Shown here in pieces: positions 27,101 to 38,932 of a stretch of DNA of 64,000 nt (position 1 is the stretch's first letter; each line of letters starts with the position of its first letter). The notes beneath the pieces are model-generated. The model was not told where the DNA came from. It was given only the letters and a program-made list of their open reading frames with translations, and did not search any database. Made by a program: the position numbers and the translations under genes. This DNA is from Zootoca vivipara (taxonomy: Eukaryota), in NCBI RefSeq assembly GCF_963506605.1, contig NC_083277.1:57970001-58034000 (forward strand), in the 5' to 3' direction.

Positions 27101-27419
27101 GTTCCCCATTCCTGATGTGGCCATTGCATGAAATGTGTATGTGTAGCAAACATGCCATGTTAAGCAGGCAAAGCAGGTACATATTGTCTCCTATTTGGTA
27201 TGGCCTTTCCTTGCATCCCCCTCAGCGACAGACTTGAAAACCCTGCACAGTTACAAATATAACTAACTCTCTCCACACACTCTCCCATCTGGGAGAGGCA
27301 GCAGGCAGGTATGGAGTAGGTATAAGTCCTAGAGGATAGGGCAGGAGCAAACCCCACCACCATGGTGCACTTAATTATATGATAGTTCTAGAAAGGGGAG
27401 AATCTTCTGGAATGCCTCT

Positions 27420-27745
27420 CCTGGTATGAACCTACACAGACCCTCTTCTGAGGCCTTTCTTCAGGCTCGGAGGCTGGTGACAAAGGAGAGGGCCTTTTCT
27501 GTTGTGGTTCCCCATCACTTCCTAGTGAGGTTCACCTTGCACCTTAGTTGACATCTTTCCAGCACCAGGTAAAGACTTACATTTCCCCCCAGGCATTTGG
27601 TAGACCGATATGTTTTGTTACTAGTTATTTTCTCGTAGCTATTATGGGGTTTGTTCATTCTGTTTATATAGTATTATGTTTTTAATGTGTAAGTTGCTTT
27701 GGTTAACAGGTCACTAACAACAACAACAACAACAATAAAAATTAA
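27420..27745 (+). mobile_element. L2 3' fragment with (CAA)n tail
   Basis: gagagggccttttctgttgtgg...aaagacttacatttcccccaggcattt, typical of the L2 3' region. Confidence 0.7.
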
Positions 27746-28325
27746 TATTTCATTGCTAGCCCACATCCTGGAAATGCATATGATATAAGGAACAGGGAAA
27801 CATGTGGTTGAGAACTAGAGGTCTAGGGCATGGCAAAGAAGGATCCTTTTAGGAGTTGAATTCATGTTCAAAGCAAAGGGGAGCCAGCAACTGTGCAGCA
27901 CTGTCAGAAGCAAGGTTGATGTGTTACAGTGAGATTATACAAAGTGGTGTGTGTGTGTGTGTGTGTCTTTCACACCGTGAATGCGTGGGCCACATTTAGA
28001 AGCACTGCTGATCCCTTCTGTTCAGAGATAGCAGTGTGCCTCCTCACTTTTGTCTTTCGTCAGCACAGGCAGAGAAACCTTAAGAAACTCCTATGTGGTA
28101 CCCTGGCCTTCTAATGCTGTTTGGTCTCTGGGATGTATAAGTTGTTGTTGTTGGCATCCATTGGTCTCAAGAGATCATAGAATCATAGAGTTGGAAGAGG
28201 CCACAAGGGCCATCCAGTCCAACCCTAAATCTTGGGTGAAAAGAGGATTATTGTGGCCATCTTTTCTTCTATCAACAATATATTCCAAACTGTTATAATA
28301 AAACTATAATATTTTATTAAACTCT

Positions 28326-29555
28326 CAGAATCATAGAGTTGGAAGAGACCACAAGGACCATCCAGTCCAACCCCCTGCCAAGCAGGAAACACCATCAAAG
28401 CATTCCTGACAGATGGCTGTCAAGCCTCTGCTTAAAGACCTCCAAAGAAAGAGACTCCACCACACTCCTTGGCAGCAAATTCCACTGTCGAACAGCTCTT
28501 ACTGTCAGGAAGTTCTTCCTAATGTTGAGGTGGCATCTTCTTTCTTGTAGTTTGAATCCATTGCTCTGTGTCCGCTTCTCTGGAGCAGCAGAAAACAACC
28601 TTTCTCCCTCCTCTATATGGCATCCTTTTATATATTTGAACATGGCTATCATATCACCCCTTAACCTTCTCTTCTCCAGGCTAAACATACCCAGCTCCCT
28701 AAGCCGTTCCTCATAAGGCATCATTTCCAGGCCTTTGACCATTTTGGTTGCCCTCTTCTGGACACATTCCAGCTTGTCAGTATCCTTCTTGAACTGTGGT
28801 GCCCAGAACTGGACACAGTACTCCAGGTGAGGTCTGACCAGAGCAGAATACAGTGGTACTATTACTTCCCTTGATCTAGATGCTATACTCCTATTGATGC
28901 AGCCCAGAATTGCATTGGCTTTTTTAGCTGCTGCATCACACTGTTGACTCATGTCAGGTTTGTGGTCTTCCAAGACTCCTAGATCCTTTTCACATGTACA
29001 GTGGTACCTCTACTTACGAATAACTCTACTTACGAATGTTTCTACTTACGAATGGAGCTCCGTCCGCCATCTTGGATGAGGTTTAGATAGGATTTTTTCT
29101 ACTTACGAATTTTTAGATAGGGTTGCTTCGACTTACGAATTTTTTCTCCCAATGCATTCCTATGGGATTCGACTTACGAATTTTTTTGACTTACAAATGT
29201 ATGTTCGGAACACATTAAATTCATAAGTAGAGGTACCACTGTACTACTCTCAAGCCAGGTGTCACCCATCCTGTATTTGTGCCTTTCATTTTTTATTTTG
29301 CCCAAGTGTAGTACTTTACATTTCTCTCTGTTAAAATTCATCTTGTTTGCTTTGGCCCAGTTGTCTAATCTGTTAAGGTCATTTTGAAGTGTGATCCTGT
29401 CCTCTGGGGTATTAGCCACCCCTCCCAATTTGGTGTCATCTGCAAACTTGCTCAGGATGCCCTCAAGCCCATCATCCAAGTCATTGATAAAGATGTTGAA
29501 TAAGACTGGGCCCAAAACAGAACCCTGTGGCACCCCACTAGTCACTTCTCTCCAG
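28326..29555 (-). mobile_element. 5'-truncated CR1 LINE (RT domain to 3' end), interrupted by a MITE
   Basis: [24 protein letters not shown]...[10 protein letters not shown] motifs and [12 protein letters not shown]...[10 protein letters not shown]-terminal region. Confidence 0.96.
28999..29241. mobile_element. Tigger/pogo-like MITE inside CR1 ORF2
   Basis: TIR cagtggtacctctactta / taagtagaggtaccactg, TA TSD, repeated acttacgaa. Confidence 0.93.
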
Positions 29556-30230
29556 GAGTGCACTTCTTTAACAGTACCAGGGCAAGCTCTCTAGGGTACA
29601 AGCCTGGACAGTGTGTTTGGAGGGCCTGGGCTGCCCAGATGACAAGACCCCCATCTTGGCTTCACTGATGTGGGCCACAGGAAAGCAGAGCAATACATAT
29701 GGCTCCAGCTTGGGTGCAGGAGTTACCTGAAGGAGATGTACAAGGCACCACCTACCATCTTAGAGACTCCACTCCGCATTTGTGTAGGTTTTGCTCCTTA
29801 GCCTTTTCTTCCCCCGAAGATGTCCCTCAAGGCAATGGAGGTTTAGCGTCAGTGTTTTCCTTCCCCTAGATGGGCTACCTTCCCAGGTTGATGAGTCCCT
29901 TTACAGCCTGTGCAGAACTACCTTCTTGACCATTGGACCCACTATGGGTCTCTTCTACACAATCTGCCACAGCCTGTCTTTGCAGGCAGGGGAAGTCTCT
30001 AACCAAACTGGGAGAAAGAGACCCGTCAACTACCCTCACTTGGTTTAGCCAGCCAGTCAAAGCCGTTCCCAGGGTGTGGCCACTGTCACATGCTGACAGC
30101 TTCTAGGAGCCACAGATGAGAGGTGAGTGCAGGGTAGGGGCCAAAGGTGGACAAAAAACCCCAGAAGGAGCACAACTTGTCCCCCACCAGAGGTGCTACC
30201 CCTCCTCTAACACCCCATACTAATAATCTA
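29556..30230 (-). mobile_element. RTE-like non-autonomous LINE remnant, probable host of the CR1 insertion
   Basis: (GTT)n ggcatcc tail at 28141-28172 appears to continue here. Family assignment from recalled consensus only. Confidence 0.45.
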
Positions 30231-32229
30231 CAGCCATCAGTCTCTCTTGCAGTTAAAGGCTGAGAATCACTCATTAAGCATTCTGGAAGAGCCGAGGGAT
30301 CTTTGTCATTGTTTTTTAAACACTGCCAAAGTGATTAATGTGTCATACCCAAAGACACACATACATCCAGGTGTGCAAAAATAATGTACAGCATGCACAA
30401 TTGCTTATCCTTTTCCACATTTATACACAGTCTTTTTAAAGAAAATAACCACAGCTGTTATCTTCACCCAGATGGGCATCAAACATTTTTCTCCATCACC
30501 ACCTGGTTGGCATAGCTCATGGATCTAGACCCTGGAAGATAGCATTTTAGAGATAATGGATGTGCCTGAAAACCTCCCCCTCACACATTCACACACACCA
30601 TATGATCTGAAGTCTTCCAATGGCATTTCCATGGATTCCTCAAGTAAATATACCGTATTTGAGTCATATTTTGGCTACATTGGAATAGTGTATAAAGTGT
30701 CCAGAGAAAGCAGGAGGAAAGGACTATACCCAAAACTGGACACAAAGGGTGTGGATGGTTTTGGTTGTTGCTGTTGTTTTAGAGTAAGTAGAAGGTTGAG
30801 GGGAATCCATATTTTTATTTATTTATTTATTTTATTTGTATCCTGTCCTTCATCCAAAGATCACAACATAAAAATACAAATATTAGGACTCAGGTGTGTG
30901 GAGATGGGTTAAGTGCTTTAATGCTTTGCCCCGCTGATGAGGTCTTGATCCAGATAAATGCTGCTGCACTTGCTGTTTACTTAAAATACATATGTGATTG
31001 CTTGCACATTTTGTTTGGCTCTAAAGCAGGGGTGGGGAATCCATGGCTATCCAGATATTTGTTGGACTACAAATCCCATCATCCTTGATAATTGGCCCTG
31101 TTGGCTGGGGCTGATGGGAGTTGGAGTCTAGCAACATCCAGAGGTGGCACAGCTTTACTATCCCACTCTAAAGAAATGTACCTGTGTCTTGCCAAGAAGT
31201 GCTGGATAGAATTTTGATGGAATGATTAGCAGCTAGAGTTAGAAGAGCAGCACATTTAACAAGCTGTCTGGTAGACATAGGCCACCAGGAATTCTTTGCA
31301 GCAGGCTATTAGTCTCTTTGGGGGCTAGTAGAAAAAATATATATCTGTGAGCAAGTGTCCTTTATAGGCTAATTTACAAGGCTATGTTAAAGGCTGAGAG
31401 GCCAAAACAAAAGGGCTTGGATAGCACTTCCAGTGAGCCTTTGACAGGGCCAGCCCAAAACATTTGGCTGCTTGAGGCAAAGGAGAAAACGGTGCCCACT
31501 GATTCCATCTCAGAAGCCAACACTGGCAAGGGGATAGCATGCCCAACCACAGCAAAGGGAAATAGACTAGTTTAGAGGGAGGTGAGACAGGCTGTGGGGC
31601 ACACATAGCCCTGTCCTCCCAATAGAGGTGGGCTCAGAAGGGGTGGGTGGGGAATGCTGCTCCCCAGAATCTGCTGCCTGAAGCAACTGTCTTCTTCTGG
31701 CTAATGATAGGGCCAGCCCTGGCATGTGGGATTCTACTTCCGCCCCTCTGCTTGACTTAGCAAGTTTTCTTCCCTCTTTCTTCATGTCTATTTTTTGAGA
31801 CAGGTTTCCTTCCCATCAACCACATTTGCTTATGAGCACCAATGAGTTCCAGTCACCCCACCCCATTTCTTTAAAGCACAGCATTCACACAATTCCTCAG
31901 GGCATGCACACAAAAACCTTCCCATCAAATTTTGCATCAAATTAAGGAGCTTTGTGAGCAAGTGCTTGTGAGGCATGCTTTATTCCTATCCCAGAATTGG
32001 GAGGATTTGTTGCTGGGGGGGTGTTTTGAGGACAGAATTGCAGGCTCCTTGAAGATGCCAGCTTATTACTATTCAACTGAAAGCTGGCTTCTAAGATCAA
32101 GGCAGAGTTATGACTGCTAAGGTGCTAGCCGTTGATACATAACTTATGTAGCTGAGGGAGGCATAATTAAAAATAATTGAAAAGTGGTGTAATTATTTTG
32201 GACTCCAGTTTACTGCCCACTTGCCTATA

Positions 32230-32525
32230 CAGTGGTGCCTCGACTTATGAATTTAATCCGTTCCGAAGGCAGCTTCGTAGGTCGAAAAATTCGTAAGCCG
32301 AAAAGTGCCATTGGAAACGCGATTTCCCATAGGAATGCATTGGAAACGGAAAAATTCATAAGTCGAAGCAACCCCATCTAAAAATTCGTAAGTCGAAAAA
32401 ACCCTATCTAAAACCGCTGTGGTTTCTGTTCGGATGTTGAGAAATTTGTAAGCGTGCGGCCATTTACCCCATTCGTAAGTCAAAAAATTCGGTTGTCGAG
32501 TCGTTCGTAAGTCGAGGTACCACTG
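32230..32525. mobile_element. Tigger/pogo-like MITE, related to 28999-29241
   Basis: TIR cagtggtgcctcgactta / taagtcgaggtaccactg, TA TSD. Confidence 0.92.
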
Positions 32526-34006
32526 TATTGCTATCTGGCCATGGTCTGAAGTTTTCACAGCTGCCTATTCCAGCTTTGTATTCAACTACTTGCCTGGTAG
32601 CCAAGGGAGCAACAAGGGAGAGGGACTTTTCAGTGGTGGCTCCACACTCATGCTGTCTCCAGTTAGGTCTGCCTGGCACCATCATCAACATTTATGCTTC
32701 TAAAATTTTGTAAATTGCTTGGAGATTCCTTATGTGGCAAGCGACTGATAAGTTGAATAAAGAATCATAAAGTAATAATAATAGAAGCATAGACTTTAGG
32801 ATTGGAAGGATCCTGAGGGCCATCTAGTCCAACCGCCTGCCCTAAGCAACAAAGAAATCCATGCAGGAGAGTAAACAGGCTGGTCTAGCATGAATGCATC
32901 TCTCTGCCTTCTCTTTGCCAATCTACTTGGTTTCCATGCAGGCTGGGGGTAAAGGAAGCAAGTGTCTCGGTTCCATCCTTTCTCTTCCATTCCACTTGGT
33001 GGAAGACAAACTTTTACCAGCTTGCTAAGAGGCCAGTACCCTGCATTTCCATGCTAGCAGGGAACAAACCCAACCCCACAGGCTAGCAACTTTTGTGGTC
33101 TTACTTACAAGGCTGCCCTATTGCAGTTCTCTTTTGTGCTGAGCAATGGTAGGATTTGAATTCCATTGACACTGGGAAACCTGTAACCCCTGTGGTGTTG
33201 GAGGCAAACCAGTGTAGAAGTTCAAGCAGAATTTGGTGCCATTGTGTGGAATGAGAGAAGGTGATTGAGATGGACAGGCAGCTGCCTGTTTCTTGGAAGG
33301 GACAGATTATTCAAACATGGATGGACACTGAGGGGGAACACATGGCAGAACATGTCACTGCTCAGATGTAATAGAAGCTGGCCTGATTTGATGGGAGATC
33401 CTGCCCTGCCACAATGAGTTGCACTCATTTGTGTGAGAGATGTTAGAGCTTCGGCAATTCTGCACTAAAAATCCCCCACTGCACTAGTTTTCAACTGGTG
33501 GGGTGAGACCCACTAGAGGGTTGCAACCTGATCCAATGTGAGTCGCAACAAAAGCACTATCACTATGCAAATATTCGGTAAAAGATTAAGATATGGGTCC
33601 TCAAATGCATGTTTGGGTTAAAAGCGGATCCTGGGTCTGAAAAGGTTGAAGATACCTGCTGCACATCATCCTCTTCCCCCTCCCTCCCTCCCAAAATAGA
33701 TTCTGCCATCTGACTATATAATGCAAACTAGGAACATTCTGCACACAGCTGGCATTTTATATACGTATACTTGGAACTAAGCTTGTTTTGCAAACCAGAG
33801 AACTTGCACTAGGTGCCTACAAATCCTAATTCCCATTCCTCACTCACCCCTTTGCCACCCAATCCAAACATCTAAATTAATTGTGGAATGGGTTATTAGT
33901 ACTTCAGAAAAACTGAAAGCACACCACCTGTGGTTTCCCTCCACCTCTTTTTATGTACTATTTTATTTTACATTCATGAATTTCAGTTCCAGTGTATTTT
34001 GTTACA

Positions 34007-34070
34007 TTTGTTGAGGCTGTTGCCTAAATGCACTGATCTTTGTTGAGGCTGTTGCCTAAATGCACAGATC
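34007..34070. repeat. 32-bp tandem duplication, two copies, one mismatch
   Basis: tttgttgaggctgttgcctaaatgcac(t/a)gatc twice. Confidence 0.92.
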
Positions 34071-34457
34071 TTTCTCAGCCACAACCACTGCCAAGAAAAG
34101 ACCCACAGAATGGACTTTACTATTATTCCATGTGGGTCCCAGAATGCATTGCCTCGATGACTGTGGCACTGCTGCTGATTTCCCCATCCTCTTGTACGCC
34201 TTCCTGAGCTTTCTCATCTAACAGCAAACCTTTTTTTGGTCTAGCAATCAGCACTATTCCTTTGGACAGCTCCCTTGGTGATAGATCTGTCATCTGTGTC
34301 TTGCCCTAGCAACCTCTATAGATCTGAGGTGGGCAGAAGGCAGATTGGGATTTACTGGGTGATTTTCAGTAGAACCAAGGATTTGTGACTCTCATTTGTT
34401 TATCAATTAAAAGCCTAAATTAGGCTGCTGAAGTGAAGAAAGCTAATTAGGAGTGGA

Positions 34458-34692
34458 CTTTGATGTCTTCTTCGGCTATCACTCGTAGCCGAGTAAGATT
34501 GTCTTCCATGACCACAGTCTTAACAGTGAGCCTGTAAGTGACTGTGGAGGCCAATTCTGGATCCACACATCCTTCAACAACGGGGACATAGGTTTCTGGG
34601 TGGGAGCTGATCATGGTGAGGGTTTGCCAAACGTGCCTTCCTCTTAGCTCGTTTCTCCTTTTCGCCCTGAGTTTGTGCTGCTTCAAAGTCCA
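34458..34692 (-). mobile_element. RTE LINE 3' fragment
   Basis: Reverse frame EKRAKRKARL...LCPRC*RMCGSRIGLHSHL, the RTE C-terminal zinc-finger-like motif. Confidence 0.8.
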
Positions 34693-34708
34693 GGACTTTG
34701 ATATAAAA

Positions 34709-34860
34709 TGCCTTGGATAGCTCAGCTGGTTAGAGCAAGGTGCTGATAGTGCCAAGGTTGCAGGTTTGATCCCCGTGTGGGACAGCTGCGTATTCCTGCA
34801 TTGCAGGGGGTTGGATGATCCTCAGGGTGCCTTCCAATTCTATGATTCTGTGACTATGAG
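34709..34860 (+). mobile_element. tRNA(Ile)-headed SINE with CR1 3' tail
   Basis: tagctcagctggttagagc...gctgat...gtttgatcccc head followed by gggttgga...ccttccaattctatgattct. Second copy at 41335-41460. Confidence 0.8.
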
Positions 34861-37800
34861 TTCTGTTCAGTTCTGGTTTCCAAAACAAATTCCAATGCTC
34901 AGAATGTGCTCAGAGGCACCCAGCTCTTTCATTTTATCTGTGTGCTTTTGCACCTGGCTCTGGTTGGTAGATCTTGGGATTCTACTAAAAACCACAGTGT
35001 AGATCCAACTCATCTGAAGTCTGCCCACCCCTGCTGCAGATGAGTTGGCGCCTCGACCTCCTTTTGTAGAAACTGCCACATTGTCTTAGGCAAGGGCACC
35101 CATGGGCCAGACTCTGACTCCCCAATCAAAGCCTTACCAAACGGTGCTTGCAAAGCCAATGACCCTCCCTCGCCTGCCTGAGCATAGATTGCCTGATGGC
35201 GCTTCACGGGGGATTTGTGGCAGCATCTAGTTGCTGCAAGATTGCAGACCTGGGAAATATAATGAAATGCGATGAAAAGCTCCAGCTGAGTTCCTTAGCT
35301 ACAACCCCCGAGGGTGAAGGCATACGCACTGCATGAATTCAGCTTCCACTTACCATGTGACTAGAGGGAGGAGGGGAAATAGTTCTTTTAGAAGGTGAAT
35401 GTTTACGTGCACTGGGTTTTGTTTTTTTAGATCCAGGACTGTCTGAACTGCTCTTTTGACTCCACACCCCATTGGCAAGCCCACCTTTTCAGGGCAGCCT
35501 ACGATCACTGCAGAACAGCATTCCTACAAAGCCATTGGCCAAAAGAGAGTGGGATGTAATAACTTTAGCTTTCCCCATCCTTACCCCCACCTGCCATGGC
35601 GTTTTCTATGTATTTCTGCTATCTTTAAGTTAACTGATTGATTGTTCCCCACCCCAAAATGTAGTTAAACTTGTGTGTGTGTGTGCATAGGCACCAACTT
35701 TTTCATTCTGCTTCATGAAGGCCTCTTATCTGTTCCGACTCCCAGATTGTAGCCCTGAAGGCAAAGCCTTTGACCCACACTTACTCAGCCTGCGCATGGA
35801 AGATCACATTACAGTGAAGTAGTTGTTCTTTTGAGAAGCCACTTAACTGTTTGGGTGTAGAAACAGGATTTGTTGTTATTAATCTTAGAACTGTGGGTTT
35901 TTAGAGTTGGAAGGGACCCCAAGGGTGATTTAGTCCAACCCCTGCAACGCAGGACAACTGCTGAAGAAGAGGCTTCTCTTTGTATGACAGGCCCCTTTTC
36001 GTCAAGTGGAGGCAGCCAGCAAGCGCAGCTGGCATACCCCCTCCCCAAATAAACACACCCACCCCACAGTGACTACTTTACATGGATAGCTACCTTTCCA
36101 AGATCCAATGAGAATGACTTCATTGTACACTTCTGCAATGGCTTGCTAACTGGAAGTGAGGCCGAAACCTTTCCCCAAAGTGACTTATTTCCAAACGTCA
36201 AGCCTGTGGCACTGCAGATGATCTTTATGAGAGCCTTGCAAACAGTGTGTGGAATCTTCCTAGAACACTCTTATATGGTGCCAGTGTCCTTTGAAACTCC
36301 ATATCCCCAGATTTTTGAAGGTTTATTGCCAATAGGGAATCTCCTTATTAACAGGGAATGATTTTCCCCGCTCTGCCGTGTCAATAACTTCCAGATTGCC
36401 GACACACTAAATCCAAATCCATAAAATCACAAGATGCGTCCTTCCACACTTGAGAGACAAGCGGCAGCCAACAGATATAGAATTAATTGGTGAGAAATAA
36501 GGTGAGCATTGGCACCATCAAAACTGGATAAGAGATGTAGTTTAGCCTCTAAGGTGACCCTGTTTGCCAATTATAATAATAATACCAGTCTCCATTACAA
36601 TCTGATTCCAGAACTTTTGTACATAATTACTTCCCACCACATATGCTAGTATGTTCCTCATTCCTTGTACCTCACAACCCTGCCAGAGTAAAATCCAAAG
36701 TTTTAATTAATTTTTTTCCCCCTGGTGGATCTCTAGGGCAGCCTCGTAAATATTGTGTTGTTTGCTACTATGTTATGTAAGTTTGTGCTTTTATTTTGTA
36801 AACCGCTCTGTATTCCTTAGATGAAGGGCGGTATAGAAATTTAATAAATGAAAAATGAAAATGTAACAGCCATTCAAACACTGTTTTCATCATCATCTTG
36901 CGATTCCTGCATTTCAGGGGGTTGGACTAGATGGCCCTTCCAACTCTACAACTCTATGAATCTATTATCATTTCCCATCTTCCAGGGTGGCAGTCCAGCT
37001 TCCCCCCCCCCCCAAAAAAAGAAATCTTCATTAGTTCAATTAAAAAGGCATAATTCTTCCAATTAATTAATTAATTTTAAAGGTGTTATCCATTTTAATT
37101 AAAAAGCTGGAAAACTTGCCTAGGGAGGGGATAGAAGAGCTGGGTTTGTTCCGTGACAAGTGTCAGCCCTTTAGCCCTCTACACAGCTGTCTCCTGCGGC
37201 AAAACTCCTGGAACGTCTTTCCTCAGAGCTCAATCCAGCAGTGAGGTTGGTTTAATTGAACAAAACACAGCAAGGTTGTAGCTGAAATTATGCATGTTTG
37301 TACACAGCCTTTGTTTCCCAGTCTAGGACCTGTGCCTACATTTCGCTTTGTTTACATAGCAGGGAAATCCACTTATGCAAATTAAGCACATCTGCACATA
37401 CCTGTGGCGTCACTGCTTGTGGAGAGGTGTGCTGTTAGAGAAAGTAAAAGACAACCAGAAGATAAATAACAAGCAGGTTCTCCGTTTTGCAAGGGGAAGC
37501 CAAACCACTGTGTCTCACTCTTGCCATGTCAGAAGGAAAATTGAGGTGTGTGCTGGAATGTTTTCACTCAAGCCACATTTACACCATACAGCAAATTTAA
37601 AACACTATGATACCACTGGTCACTAAAATATCCTGGGACCTGTGGCTTGTTAAAGGGGCTGAGCAGTGTTAAGAGACCCCTATTCCTCTCCCAGAGCTAC
37701 AGTTTGCAGAGTTCCCTGTGAAGAGGGATTGTCCATTAAACCATTCTGAGAATTGTAATTCAGATGGGAATAGGGGTCTCCTAACAACTCTCAGCACCCT

Positions 37801-37889
37801 TAAAAAACTGCAGTTCCTAGAATTCTTGGGAGGGGAGTCATGGCTGCTTCAAATGGTATTTGTGGAAAGGCAGCATACTGTACAAAGAA

Positions 37890-37919
<30 letters not shown>
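37890..37919. repeat. (TG)n microsatellite
   Basis: Direct reading. Confidence 0.95.
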
Positions 37920-37922
<3 letters not shown>

Positions 37923-37984
37923 TACATACCATAATGTTTTAAATGTGTGGTGTAAATGTGGCCCCTTCCGGTACTACTATATTC

Positions 37985-38932
37985 AGGGCTGCCGATCAGA
38001 ACAGGGGTTCCCAACAAAATTTTCTCAAGGACCCCTCATCGAGCCGCTATTGTGACAAGGACCCCCATTAATTACTTACTTGCTTGAACATCAAATGCAT
38101 TATCTTCCTCTTCATCTGTGGGCCTTTGTCGTTTTAACGAACCACTTTTTAACCAATGGTCCATTTTTAACTACGCGAACTGTAGCTTCCGCGAAAAACA
38201 ACGCTTTGTTTACAAACACTACTGTTTTGCAAAGAGGCAGCGCGCGCCAGGGAGGAGGGAGAGGAATGGAGAAGACAGGGTACCTGCGCAGTAGCACACA
38301 AATGAAGCCGACGCGCGCAAAGCATCTTGGGGAGGTGAGCGTTTAGAATGTGCGCGCTGCCTCTTTGCAAAACAGTAGTGTTTGTAAAGCGCCACCTAAC
38401 GGCATACAGCAGAACTACTGCCTCTATCTAATTCTAGTTTTGCGCTAGACTCTGCTCATGCAGGAAGCGGCCAAAACAAAAAATCTGTTATCATGAAATA
38501 AATTTAATATATTTTTTATTCTAATAGCATCTTGCGGACCCCTTTGGCATAGCTCGCGGACCCCTGGGGGCCCCCGGACCACCTGTTGGGAACCACTGGA
38601 TCAGAAGGTTGACAGTTCGAATCCACACAATGGGGTGATTTTCCGTTGCTCTGTCCTAGCTTCTGCCAATCTAGCAGTTTGAAAACATACCAGTGCAAGT
38701 AGATAAATAGTTACTGTTGTGGCAGGAAGGTAAAAGGTGTTTCTGTGGGCTCTGCTTTCCGTCATTGTGTTCCATTGTGTCAGAAGCGGTTTAGACATGC
38801 TGGCCACATCACCCAGGAAGCTGTCTGTGGACAAATGCTGGCTCCCTCGGCCTGAACGCGAGATGAGCAACCCCATAGTCACCTTTGACTGGACTTAACC
38901 GTCCAGGGGTCCTTCACCTTTACCTTTACCTT
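37985..38932 (+). mobile_element. 5'-truncated Sauria SINE split by a hAT element
   Basis: gccgatcagaa|ggttgacagttcgaatcc continuity across the insertion, (ACCTTT)n tail. Confidence 0.85.
38002..38598. mobile_element. 597-bp non-autonomous hAT element
   Basis: Perfect 8-bp TSD GATCAGAA, TIR caggggttcccaaca / tgttgggaaccactg. Confidence 0.93.

Noticed and set aside
28999-29241. CRISPR-like spaced repeats (acttacgaa units; also the units in 8250-8470)
   Set aside because: Short, irregular internal repeats of TIR-bounded MITEs in a vertebrate genome, with no constant repeat-spacer period and no cas genes.
28395-29563. Reverse-transcriptase ORFs as a host gene or retron-like system
   Set aside because: They are fragments of a 5'-truncated CR1 ORF2 interrupted by a MITE.
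34709-34785. tRNA-Ile gene (also 41335-41410, and tRNA-Ala-like 60369-60440)
   Set aside because: Stems are degenerate and each head is fused to a SINE body or CR1 tail, so these are SINE heads.
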